DNA of 64,000 nt from Anthoceros angustus (lineage: Eukaryota; Plantae; Anthocerotophyta), in NCBI GenBank assembly GCA_010909165.1, contig VJWM01000227.1, positions 62,001 through 126,000 of the forward strand. Reading direction: 5' to 3'. The notes beneath the pieces are model-generated. The model worked only from the letters and a program-made list of their open reading frames with translations. It had not been told where the DNA came from and ran no database searches. Position 1 is the first letter of the stretch. Each line of letters opens with the position of its first letter. This document shows positions 34,751 to 46,903 of this stretch, one piece after another. A program made the position numbers and the translations under genes.

Positions 34751-36444
34751 ATGAGTTCAAGGACTTGATGTCTGATGAGTTATCTCCTTTACCTCCTAGA
34801 AGAATTGAAGATTATGAGATTGATCAGAAGACAGGAAGTACACTGCCTTCAAGAGCATCGTATAGATTGTCGCAGGATGAGCTACAAGGGCTGAAGAGAT
34901 AGATGTCTAGCCCTACTAGCCAAGGGCTATGTAAGAATCTTTAAGTCCCCATTTGGTACGCCAATGTTGTTTACGTGCAAGAAGAATGGAGGATTGAGAT
35001 TTTGCTTGGATTACATAGCACTCAATTAGATTACAGTGAAGAATTCTGATCTTTTGCCAAGCATGGATGATGACAGATTGAGAGGTGCTAAGTATTTCAC
35101 CAAGCTGGATTTAATGGCAGGCTATTACCAGATTCGCATCGTAGAAGGATATGAATACAAGACTATTTGTAGAACAAGGTATGGATCTTTTGAGTTCTTG
35201 GTCATGCCATTTGGACTCACTAATACACCAGCCACATTTCAGGCTCTCAAGAATACTATATTCAAAGATCTGATGGATGAGTGTATTGTGATCTACTTGG
35301 ATGACATCATGATATACAGTTCTACCTTGGAAGAGCATGTCCAATACTTTGAGGAAAGTGTTATAGAAGTTAAGAGCAAATTCTTTGTTCTTAACTAAAA
35401 CAAAGTACTACTTTGTGAAGAAAGAGATAGACTTCCTCGAATTCATTGTCTTTGCGGATGGTATCAGGATAGATTCTGGTAAGGTAAAGGCCATACAGAG
35501 TTGGTTGCCGCCAAAGAATGTGCACGAGGTGTGTATGTTTTTTAGATTGGCTAGCGTATATAGAAGATTTGTACCGATGTTTGCCAAGATTACTGCCCCA
35601 TGAAGTGATCTCTTGAAGAAAGTGAAGGCTTGGAAGTGGGATGGAGATTGTCAAAGGGCATTCGAGTTTCTGAAGTTGAAACTTAACACTACCCCAGTAT
35701 TGGCAATCTATGATCCGAAGAAGGATATAGAAGTATATACTGATGCGTCAAATATTGCAATTGGCGGAGTGCTCATGCAAGAAGGTAGGCCAGTGGCTTA
35801 CAAGTCAAGGAAGCTGCATGAATATGAAAGAAAGTATCCTACTTATGAAAAGGAGATGAATGCTGTCATCAATTGTCTCAAGATTTGAAGACATTATGTT
35901 CTAGGAAGATCTTTTGTGTTGTACACAGACAAAGTAAGCAAGAGCTTTTTTACTATTAGTTGCGACTAAGTGCTAGACAAGCTAGAGGGCAACATTTCCT
36001 AGCAATGTATGATGTGTTTATCAAGTACAAGCAAGGGAAGGAGAATCTCGTGGTAGATACCTTGAGTCTCAAATAGAGTTTGAGTTTAATAACTGCTTTT
36101 ACGTTGAAGAGACCTAAGCTAGCTGCAACACAGCTGGTGATCGAACCAAGGAACACTCTCACACAGATCAAGGAAGCTTATTTGCAAGATCCATTGGTAC
36201 AACATTGGATCAATGAAGTGGAGCGACCGGGATCTAAGTTTAAGCTTAGGGATGGCTTGTTCATGTTCAAGCAAAGCAAGATTTGTGATTCCTGATTCTC
36301 AAGAGTTGAAAAGGAAGCTGCTTGCAGAGTGTCATGATGTGCCAAGTGCAGGTCATCGAGGGATTGACCCAACTTATGAGAAAGTTGAGAAAGCTATTTT
36401 ATTGGCCTAGAATGTATAAGCATTTTGTAGAGTATGTTAAGTCT

Positions 36445-38040
36445 TGTAACAGCGTCTGTTTAGAAAGGGGTTTCTCCTGAAACCCCTTTGCACACCTGAC
36501 GTGGCGACCCTTTGCACTTGAAAAATCCGCACTATAATCACTTTTGGTATTTCTCTGCGGACATGTCACCCGCAACCTTTTGAATAATTATTTTGATACA
36601 CGTTATTTGAGATTGTAGATTGCAAGCACGTGGCAAAACCTAAAGTCCCATTCTCGTTCGGCTTTTCTTTCAAACTAGACATGCACACAAGAAACTTATG
36701 CGCACTTACATCTAAATGCTTCCAACATCCGCAATCATTGCGGTGTTGGACGATACAAACGCTTAGATTTTTAGGCTTGTAATTGTGCGCACCAACCTTT
36801 CATTCATACCACTCAATCCTAAGACTATACTCTCGCCGAGAATTTTACAGACTTTGTTTCTTAGACATTGGGACAATAATATCTTCGTTGACCTAATGTT
36901 CTTGATCCACATGCGAGAATGAGAGTGGCATGGTCCGCACTTGAGCCGGGCCCACGCCAAACGCCTCAAGATTCAAAAGATGCAAAAGGTTCTCACTACT
37001 AGTTCAAAGTTTTAACCACTAGAAAAAGATGAGGGTTAAGTAAAGATAAGAACATATCCACATTAGGGAGGTGCACAAAAAGGTTGAAAACGTCGAAAGG
37101 AACCCTTTAAAACAAAAAATATCAAAACAAATACAAAATAATTCAAAAATTGTCAATTTTAGGGCAAGTACAGACTTGCCTCAAAAACTGGACTTTTGTG
37201 ATTTTTAAGGGTTTTAAGGGTTTTTAGACTTTTGCTCTTTTTCTTTGATGAACTGTCTGAATGCACTAGGAGGCATGAACCATATGGGTTCATGCTCCTA
37301 GGCCCTTCTTGACCTTGGGTGCGTGCACTTGTGCGTGCACTGGCCTCCTGCCCAGTGCGTGCACTTGTGCGTGCACTGGCCTCCTGCCCAGTGCGTGCAC
37401 TTGTGCGTGCACAGGCCTCCTGCCCAGTGCGTGCACTTGTTCACCCATTGGGCCCCCTAACATGTTTGATGATAACCCGGTACTAGGTCATCACGAAAGA
37501 GACTAAACACCGTAAAGGATAAAAAGGGATAGGGTGTTCTTCGTCGCATTAGGGCATAGGATAGATATATGAGGCGGTCTAGGTGAACCTCCGATGTCTA
37601 CTACTTGTTATTTTGTTGGGAGTTCGGCACATCCTCGGACCTCCAAAAGGACATGTTTCCCCATTAGAAGATTATTTTTGCGTTCTTTTTGCGGTCGTGC
37701 ACAAGTTTGTGCATAAGCGTTGTTTAGACGCGCACTTATGCGCGCCTAGGCCCCTGTATACAAAACATACAAAACCACACAAAATGCGAAACTACGGACA
37801 TGACGAAATTATGGAACAATGAGGTCACTAGCCCTTCATCACACCGACTAAATCGCCATGAACATGAGTACAAGGCGCCAATGCGGTGTAAATGACTCAA
37901 CAGGAAGTGGTGCCGGAGCCGAGAATGCGAACCGATGGATGAACACCTACAAAACCAACAAAACCAAAAGCAACTTCGTGAAATAGGGTTGGGATTTTTC
38001 CAAAACCCTTTGACAGAGAAACCCTTTCTAAATGTATTGC
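36445..38040. mobile_element. About 1.6-kb non-coding insertion in the gypsy integrase, with subterminal inverted repeats
   Basis: Splits YVKSC from VDCQ; tttagaaaggggtttctc near 36457 and its reverse complement near 38015. No clean TSD was resolved. Confidence 0.55.
37319..37440. repeat. 36-bp tandem repeat, about 3.4 copies
   Basis: gtgcgtgcacttgtgcgtgcactggcctcctgccca repeated. Confidence 0.95.
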
Positions 38041-38781
38041 TTTGTGTAGACTGCCAGGAGGATAATATGGAGTAGACAAATCCGCGAGGTTTGTTGCAAC
38101 CCCTGCGTATTCCAAGTGGGCCTTGGAAAAGTATATCAATGAATTTCATTATACCATTGCCAGCCAATAATGGACACATAGCTATCATAATAATGGTTGA
38201 TAGATTCAGCAAGCAGACACACTTCATCCCTACCAAAAAGCGAGTGAAAGCTTTTGAAGTTGCTCAATTATTCAAGAAGCATGTGTATGTATTACATGGA
38301 CTGCTTATGCAGATTGTGAGTGATAGAGATCCCAGATTCATTACAGAGTTTTGGCAACAGCTTATGAAAGAGCTTAGGAGTGCAATTATGTTTGAGCACA
38401 GTGTACCACCCTGATACAGATGGATCAGCAGAGAGGGTGAAGAGAATCCAAGAAGAATACTTACGACACTATGTACAGATGGACGACCGAGACTAGAGTG
38501 ATCATCTTGAGGATGTAGAGTTTTGTTATAATAACACTGTACATAGCTCCACAGGCTACACACCTTTTCAGATGACAAGTAACGAAGCAATGGACATAGT
38601 TTCTATGTTGAATGCTGGCGTGTTTGAGACAGTAGCAAGAGAACCACGTGAATTCATTGAGCAATTAAGGGCCAGGCATGAAGTTGCTAAGAAGATATTG
38701 GCCAAGGCTCAAGACAGGGAAAATAAGTTTGCTAACAGGCATAGGAAAGAGACAGAGTTTCAAGTAGGTGACAAGGTGTGG

Positions 38782-41700
38782 GCTACGGACTTCCCTTGGG
38801 GGTTAGGAAATAAGTGGGGTTTTGTTTTTTTCGTAGGTCCGAAGAATAAAATAAGGCGGAAAAGGAGGAATAAGCGGACGGTGCTCGGTGCTCGGAGTAT
38901 ACTCGGACTCGAGTGGAGTAACGGACCGGTACCACCACGACGAGCTACGGATTGCCGGGGAGTATCGGATAAGTCCGGACCCCACTCCGGTCAAAAGCAG
39001 GATAAGTACGCCAGGAAAGTAATTTAGAAGTTGAGTCGTGAGGATGATCGAGCGGCACCACGGACGGCCCCGAGTGGAGGTCGGGCATGCAGCAGCCAGA
39101 CCGAGCTGGGGCCGTTATAGCGGTATTCACGCCCGCGGAGGAGGTTGGGGCGTGGTCCCGAGGCGCGGCGTAAGGTCAGAGTAAGCCATGCAGACCTCTG
39201 GCGATTCTGAGGAAGAGGCACCCCCGCCCATATTTCCAACGCGGCCGACGAGGAGGGTCATTTCTCTGTGCGACCTCGAGACAATTTCGCGTCTCTTGCG
39301 CCGCAACCGCCCTCTGGCGCTATCTCTTGAATGCTCGCATCTGCCGCTCACCGCTGGGGTTGGAGCGTGACGCGAAGGCGCATCGTGCCGCCGATCTCGC
39401 AATCACCAAGAAAGGAGAAGAAGGCGATGGGACCCAAGAAGGCTGCGGAGGTATGGGAGCCATGGAACCTGGTAGAGCGCAACATTGTAACCCGGCGCTA
39501 TCCGGACTTTGGGCCATGGCTGGAGGAGGCGGGAGGATTAGTCGAAGAGTGGCACTTAGACGTGTTCCAGGCTGTCTGGACGTTTGACAGTGTCACCCTG
39601 GTCCGGGAGTTCGCCCGGAAGATGTTGGCAGCGGCCAACAAGGAGGTTCGGTCCAAGAACCTCCGGGAGGATCCCAGGAGGTGGACCTTGAGGTCCCGAG
39701 GCGGCTTACAACCGCCCAACGGAGGAGGTTGGGGCGTGGTCCCGAGGCGGCTTACAACCGCCCAACGAGGAGGTTGGGGCGAGTCCCGAGCCCCTCAAGG
39801 CGAGGGAAAGATAGAGGCGGGCGGCCAACAAGGAGCAGGAGGCGGCGGACAACCAACGGCTGGTTGATGTCGGACCTGCTGGACGGAAGGGTGAGGCGAT
39901 GGCCGGATCATTGTCCATTGGAACTTGCTCACCAAGGTGGATCACCTTGGTGATAATTTGTTGGTGTTCCCGCATGCGTTGCGGTAGAGGCAAGAGGGCG
40001 ATCGGGAAGGATCATCTTGCGGGTTGACGGTGGCCCCTGGTGAGGAGGCGAAGCCACTGCCGTCCGGACTATCCCCATACCGATCCATGTATGGGGACAT
40101 TACGACCTCTGAAGGATGGGGAGGTGGAGCGGGCGCTCGGAAGGGTTGGCGGCCAACAAGGAGCAGGAGGCGGAGCAAAGGCGCCTGAGGTAGAGGCCCG
40201 ACCCCCTAGGGCCAAACGGGTCCGGGAGGAGGGCGGAAGGGATCTGGGACTCCATCGTCTGGACGGACCCCTCACCACCTAGGGAAGTGTGGAAGATATC
40301 CCGCTTCCCTCCTCGTGCCCCACCGGGCAGCAGGAGATGGCCCCGACTCCATACGTCGAACGGACCCCTCACCACCTAGGGAAGTGTGGAAGAGGCGGGG
40401 CAAGAGGCGGAAGACGGTGCCACCCGCCAACGCAGCACCTCGGGCGGTGCCTGTGCCTTTGCCCCTGCCCACGGAGTGGCAAGAGGCTGAAGAGGCGGTG
40501 AGAAGGGCAGAAAGGGACGCCGCTCAAGGAGCAGGAGGGCTGTGGGTTGAAGACCCGTGTCGTGGGACACGGTGAGGTCCACATTTACCCTCAATGTCGT
40601 TGTAGTCCTGGGATTCGCTCCCAAGGGAATGGTTTGTGCCAAAAGACGCTATCTTCTATCACTACCAACCTTGCCTAAGCCTCGATCGGACCGCTACCAC
40701 TTACTGCACCTAGCCGCTAACTCAAGACGGAGCAGGAGGCGGCGGAGCAGGTGCGGGCCAGCCATGCCGAGGAGAAGGAAGCCCGCGACAAGGAGATGGA
40801 GGATCTCCGGACTCAGTTGCGCGAGGTGGAGCAACAGCGGCAGGAGATGGAAGACCGCAAGGAGACCCTGGAGCTGCAGCTCCAAGTTACCATTGAGCGG
40901 AATGGTAGGCGTGATCACGATCACGAGAGATAGAGCTCCACCGTCCGGGAGGATCCTGTGAGGTGGAGCGGGCGCCCGGAAAGGGTTGGCGGCCAACAAG
41001 GAGCAGGAGGCGGGGCGTCGCCGAAATGGAGAAGGACTGGGCACCAATGGCGAGTTGCCCGACCGTCTGGAGAGGGAGATGGCGAGCTAAAGGCTAGGAT
41101 GAACGGGGAGCGAGAGATAGAGCGGCTCCGGCTACATTGTTGGGCAGACGGAGGAGGTAAGGCGATGGAACAAGGAGGCGGGGCGTCGCCGAAATGGAGA
41201 AGGACACAGGCGAAATAATCGGGCGAGTTGCCCGACCGTCTGGAGAGGGAGATGGCGGAGCTAAAGGCCAGGATGAACGGGGGAGCGAGAGCACTGGACG
41301 CAGAAAAGAAGCTGCTGGTCCAGTTAAGGAAGGCGGAAGGGGAGCGCTGCGTTATGGCAGGTAAGCTGGCAGCAGAGCGGAAACGACGGGAGCTGGAGCA
41401 AAGTGAGCAACAACAAGCGGTGGAGGTGACCGAGGCGGCCCTGTGGCCCACAAGCCGAGGAGCGAGAAGCCCTCGCCGTCTGGACTATCCCCATACCTGA
41501 TCCATGTATGGGGACATTACGAGCTCCTGAAGGATGGGGAGGTAGAGCGGGCGCTCCGGAAAGGGTTGGCGGCCCTACCAGAAGCAGAGCGGGCAAGGGC
41601 GCCTGAGGGAGAGGCCCGACCCCCTAGGGCCAAACGGTCCGGGAGGAGGACGACTGGGAAGGGATACCGGACTCCATACGTCTGGAGCGGACCCCCTCAC

Positions 41701-44700
41701 CACCTAGGGAAGTGTGGGAAGATATCCCGCTTCCTCCTCGTGCCCACTGAGGAGATTGGACCACCAATACCGAGACGGACCCCTCACCACCTAGGGAAGT
41801 GTGGAAGAGGCGGAAGACGGTGCCACCGCCAACGCACGCAATCAAGAGGCGGAAGACGGTGCCACCGCCAACGCAGCACCTCGGGCGGTGCTCAGGTTTT
41901 GCCCCGCCTACGAGTGGCAAGAGGTCAAGAGGCGGTGAGAAGGGCGTAGGGACGCTCAAGGAGCAGGAGGGTGGGTTGAAGACCCGTGTCGTGGGACACG
42001 TGAGGTCCACATTTACCCTCAATGTCGCTAGTCCCGGGATTCGCTCCCAAGGGAATGGTTTGTGCCAAAAGACGCTATCTTCTATCACTACCAACCTTGC
42101 CTAAGCCTCGATCGGACCGCTACCACTTACTGCACCTAGCCGCTAACTCAAGACGGAGCAGGAGGCGGAGCAGTGGCCACCATGCCGAGGAGAAGGAAGC
42201 CCGCGACAAGGAGATGGAGGATCTCGGACTCGATGCGCGAGGTGGAGCAACAAATGGAGATGGAAGACCGCAAGGAGACTCGAGCTGCAGCCCAAGTTAC
42301 CATTGAGCGGAATGGTAATCTGCAGGCGTGATCACGGATCACGAGAGATAGAGCTCCTCCTGCTGACGGAGGAGGTAAGGCGATGGAACAAGGAGCAGGA
42401 CGTCGCCGAAATGGAGAAGGACCTGGACGAAGCACGCAATCGGGCAGAGTTGCCCGACCGTCTGGAGAGGGAGATGGCGGAGCTAAAGGCCAGGATGAAC
42501 GGGGGAGCGAGAGCACTGGACGCAGAAAAGAAGCTGCTGGTCCAGTTAAGGAAGGCGGAAGGGGAGCGCGTTATGGCGTAAGCCGGGCAGCAGAGCGAAA
42601 CGACGGAGCCGGAGCAAAGTGAGCAACAACAAGCGGTGGAGGTGACCGAGGCGGCCCTTGTGGCCTCGCGAGATTCGCCCGACTCACCGCCGAACTCGGG
42701 GGAGATGGTCCAAGAAGCCGGACAAGACGCTCCCGAGCACCAATGGCGAAAGGAGTATCGGGTGCTCCGGCACATGTGGAAGAGGCAATCCAAAGAATTG
42801 ACTCGGATTTTGCCTACTACCACGCGGAGCTCCTTAAGGCATTGAAGCCTCGGCCCGCTACAAGCAGACGGACCCGGAAGGCTCAAGGGATGAAGGACAT
42901 GGGGATGACGGGGACCCTAGTGGCCTGCTTTGGAGACGACGGCAATGGAGAAGAGCCTCGAGAAGGGACGCCGCTCAAGGAGCAGGAGGGTGGGTTGAAG
43001 ACCCGTGTCGTGGGACACGTGAGGTCCACATTTACCCTCAATGTCGTAGTCCCGGGATTCGCTCCCAAGGGAATGGTTTGTGCCAAAAGACGCTATCTTC
43101 TATCACTACCAACCTTGCCTAAGCTCGGATCGGACCGCTACCACTTCGCACCTAGCCGCTAACTCAAGACGGAGCAGGAGGCGGAGCAGTGGCCACCATG
43201 CCGAGGAGAAGGAAGCCCGCGACAAGGAGATGGAGGATCTCCGGACTCAGTTGCGCGAGGTGGAGCAACAAATGGAGATGGAAGACCGCAAGGAGACCCT
43301 CGAGCTGCAGCTCCAAGTTACCATTGAGCGGAATGGTAATCTGCAGGCGTGATCACGATCACGAGAGATAGAGCTCCTCCTGCTGACGGAGGAGGTAAGG
43401 CGATGGAACAAGGAGCGTGACGCCGCCGAAATGGAGAAGGACTCGAAGCACGCACGGGCAGAGTTGCCCGACCGTCTGAGAGGGAGATGGAGCTAAAGGC
43501 TAGGATGAACGGGGAGCGAGAGCACCGGACGCAAAAGAAGCCGCTGGTCTAGTTAAGGAAGGCGGAAGGGGAGCGCGTTATGGCGGTGGCAGCCGGCGGA
43601 AACGACGGAGCCGGAGCAAAGTGAGCAACAACAAGCGGTGGAGGTGACCGAGGCGGCCCTTGTGGCCTCGCGAGATTCGCCCGACTCACTGCCGAACTCG
43701 GGGAGATGGTCCAAGAAGCCGGACAAGACGCTCCCGAGCACCAATGGCGAAGGAGTATCGGGTGCTCCGGCACATGTGGAAGAGGCAATCCAAAGAATTG
43801 ACTCGGATTTTGCCTACTACCACGCGGAGCTCCTTAAGGCATTGAAGCCTCGGCCCGCTACAAGCAGACGGACCCGGAAGGCTCAAGGGATGAAGGACAT
43901 GGGGATGACGGGGACCCTAGTGGCCTGCTTTGGAGACGACGGCAATGGGAGAAGAGCCTCGAGAAGGGACGCGCCAATACAACGGACCTCAGGGTAAGTC
44001 CACCGCCACCTGTCCGGGAGGATAGAGAGGGGCCCCGAAGGCGCCAAGCCAACCCGACCCAAGACAAGGGTCGGTGGGTAGGGATGAGGGCCCAGCAGTA
44101 AGGGGTCCGCAGATAAGGGGTCCGGAGCTTGGGGACCGGACCCCGATAATAAGTTCGGACCCTTAGGTCCGAACCCCAGAGATGAGACCGACCCCGAGGT
44201 CCGGACTCAGAACAAGGCAGACTCAAGTGCGACTGAGTCGAGACCGACCCCGAGGTCCGGACTCGGGGAAGCAAGGAGGAGTCCCTCCGACTTACCGGGG
44301 AGCCACGGTCTACCGGGAGGGGACCCACCGGGGCTGGGGAAGACGTTGTGGTAACTCGGCCGCCGACCGCCGAGCCCAACCTCGATGTGATTCCGGAAGG
44401 GAAGGGGTCCCGCCCGCAAATCATCCGATTGCGCCGCAACTGCTGTGACGGAGATTGGACCACCAATACCGAGACGGAACCTGTGACCTTCCTGTGCCCA
44501 CCGCGAAGGAGATAGGAGGAAGGGAATAGGATGGTAGGCGGCCGATTAGGGCGCATCGGGCTGGCCACCACTGTAATAGGGTGTAATAAAGACGCCGACT
44601 TGGGCGTAGTATAAGAGGGCCGAGGCGCTCAATAAATCATCTTCTTGGTGTTGATGCCGCTTGAGACCTTGTGTGTCTTCATGCTAACGTGAGTCCCGAG

Positions 44701-45234
44701 TCATGGGTGCACGACAACCCGGAGAGATCGATCAAGGTCCCGTGACGGACCCTAACGTGTGGTGGTGTGTGCGGGGAAGGCGGCGGGGACCCGTGTTCGC
44801 CTCAGCGCCCCCGAGCCGGACCGAACGTGTGAGCCGGAGGAACTCCGGGAGGGCGTGCAGAGCCCGGACGGAGAGGCCCGGTTGAGCAACGGAGGAGGTC
44901 CGGACTGTGTAGCCACTTGCGTTCTTTTCCAAGGTTGATGAGCGTAGTGAGAGTGATGAGAGGAACGGACTAAAGGAACGAGTGACGTGCGGGAACGATA
45001 CGGACGCAAACGGGTCCTTAAACGTTTGGCCACACCGGGCCTGTTCGGTGAACGTTATGAGTAGTTAGACGCAAAACGACGATTGCGTGTGTTAAAGTTG
45101 AGCGGACGCAAAGTAAGGTGAGAATCGGTTGAAACGCGGCAAACGGAGCTTATCATTCTCTCGGGAACGGACTCCTTACTACAACGACACGGGATTGTGC
45201 GCGCCCGGCTGGCCGTCAGCGAAAGTCGCGCCAC
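38782..45234 (+). mobile_element. Unclassified 6.45-kb GC-rich insertion with an 11-bp TSD, carrying coiled-coil ORF repeats
   Basis: ACAAGGTGTGG at 38771-38781 and 45235-45245; removing the insert restores integrase QVGDKVWLRLK. No RT, DDE domain, LTR pair, clear TIR or poly(A) seen. Confidence 0.85.
40539..40728. mobile_element. 190-bp mini-insertion with an 11-bp TSD (GGAGCAGGAGG); further copies near 41970 and 42990
   Basis: TSD copies at 40528-40538 and 40729-40739; removal gives the in-frame reading PLKEQEAAEQVRASHAEEKEARDKEM. Confidence 0.7.
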
Positions 45235-45678
45235 ACAAGGTGTGGTTGAGATTGAAGAATTTCCCACTACCACAAGGGTTGACCTCAAAGTTCAGGCCTA
45301 AGTTTGGAGGACCTTTCATAGTTCTGAAGCGCATTGGAGATGTGGCTTACAAACTACAACTGCTTGAATGGATCTTCTCTCTTAATATGTTTCATGTCTC
45401 TTTGTTGAAACTATTTATGATTTCAAAAGAGAATGAGGATATGAACAGGAAGGATTATGTCATCCTGGTTCAACATAGTCATGGTTTGCAAGAGATTGTT
45501 GAATTCCAAGCAAAGAGAGAAGCGCTTGTTGTTCGTGGTAATGTACCAGAGTATCTCGTAAAACTTCGTGGTTATGCAAATCCTATCTGCGTTTCACTTG
45601 AAGATGTGCAACAAGGATCATGGATGATCTTGCGTTACACTGGAGGTCATTGAGGACAATGACATTTGAGGGAGAGGG

Positions 45679-46267
45679 TAATAATATTGGTGAAATAAGG
45701 TAGAAAAGTGAAAAATTAAAAGAGATAAAAAGCTAATTAGTAGTTGCCCTGTTAAGAAGATGCATGTGTTGCATGCTTCATGCAATCTCCTAGAGAGGAA
45801 TTGCTACAGCCACTAATGAAAATTGCTACAACCACTAATGAAAATTGCTACAGCCACTAATGAAAAGTTGCCTAGAGAGGACTCTTAGTGATCAGTGGTC
45901 TTACCTAGAGAGGACTCTTAGTGATCAGTAGTCTTGCCTAGAGAGGACTCTTAGTAATTAGTGGTCTATAAGAATCCCTTGAGTTAGCAGCAGGCTAGTT
46001 GAGGTTAGGCTGTGGAATATATAAGGGCTAGAGCAAGGGCTTTGGGGACACTCATTTTTGAGAGAGCGGGGAAGTGTGCATTGCAAGCCTTGTGTTAAGG
46101 GAGAGTTGTGGAGAGCTTAGCTAGTGAGCTTGTCGTTGAGTCAAGGGCAGTAGCCAGTTGGGCGTAGATAGCCAGACTCAAGTGTATATTTTATCAATAA
46201 AAGCAGCACCTCCTCTGCCCCTCACTACGCGGCCAGTAAAGAAGGGACAAGCACTGGTTTCCTAGCA
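45679..46267 (+). repeat. 3' LTR of the gypsy element, with internal 22-bp and 33-bp tandem repeats
   Basis: Follows the PPT; TATATAA near 46018, AATAAA near 46196, ends ...ggtttcctagca. Confidence 0.65.
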
Positions 46268-46399
46268 TTCCAAGATCTCACCAATTCACTCCACAAGAGA
46301 CTTGCACGATTCTCAACGCTCTCAACCTCGCGATGCAGCAATAGGCTCTAAGTAGCCCGTTGTCCACTAACGACTCGCAAGCCACCTCCTCGAGGTGCT

Positions 46400-46790
46400 G
46401 TTCTTTATTGATAGAGCAACACTTGAGTCTGGCTATCTACGCTCAACCAGCTACTGCCCTTGACTCAACGACAAACTCAATAGCTAAGCTCTCCACAACT
46501 CTCCCTCAATACAAAGTTTGCAGCGCAAACTTGTCTGCTCTCTCCTCGAGTGTCCTCAAAGTCCTTGTTGTAGCCCTTATATATCCCGCAGCTTGACCTC
46601 AACTAGGCAGCTGTTAACTTAGGGGATTCTTACAAACCACTCATCACTAAGAGTCCTCTCTAGGCAGCTCTTCATTAGTGGCTGTAGCAACATGAAGCAT
46701 ATAATACATGCATCTTCTTAACAGGGCAGCTACTTAATTAATTTTTTTTCCTTTTTTAACTTTTAACTTTTCTACTTTATTTTACCAGTA
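46400..46790 (-). repeat. Diverged inverted copy of the same LTR family
   Basis: Reverse complement aligns with about 45690-46210 (for example gccctgttaagaagatgcatg, ctagagaggactcttagtgat, gtagatagccagactcaagtg). Confidence 0.85.
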
Positions 46791-46903
46791 GGGAGATTTC
46801 TATTTACAAGAGGACAAAGCCGGAGAGATATTTCACGTTCCATTGCAGCAGTCTTCCCACATAGAACCGTCGCTTAGGAACTGTTAGGCATTGAGACATG
46901 GAG

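Larger units (their letters stand above)
34620..46267 (+). mobile_element. Decayed, 5'-truncated Ty3/gypsy chromovirus (RT, RNase H, integrase, chromodomain, PPT, 3' LTR), split by two insertions
   Basis: RT KLDLMAGYYQIRI...MPFGLTN...YLDDI; RH YTDASNIAIGGVLMQ; INT HDVPSAGHRG, PW..ISMNFI, VDRFSKQTHF, KFGGPF; chromo-like EYLVKLRGY; PPT gagggagaggg at 45668-45678; many stops. Confidence 0.93.

Noticed and set aside
40539-40728. Mini-insert as a spliceosomal intron/introner or hammerhead retrozyme
   Set aside because: Available GT-AG pairs leave a frameshift and no CUGANGA/GAAA hammerhead core was seen.
44572-44716. LTR-like segment (tgtaat...tataag...aataaa...ca) in the GC-rich element
   Set aside because: No second copy at the other end, no adjacent PBS, and an 11-bp TSD does not fit LTR integration.
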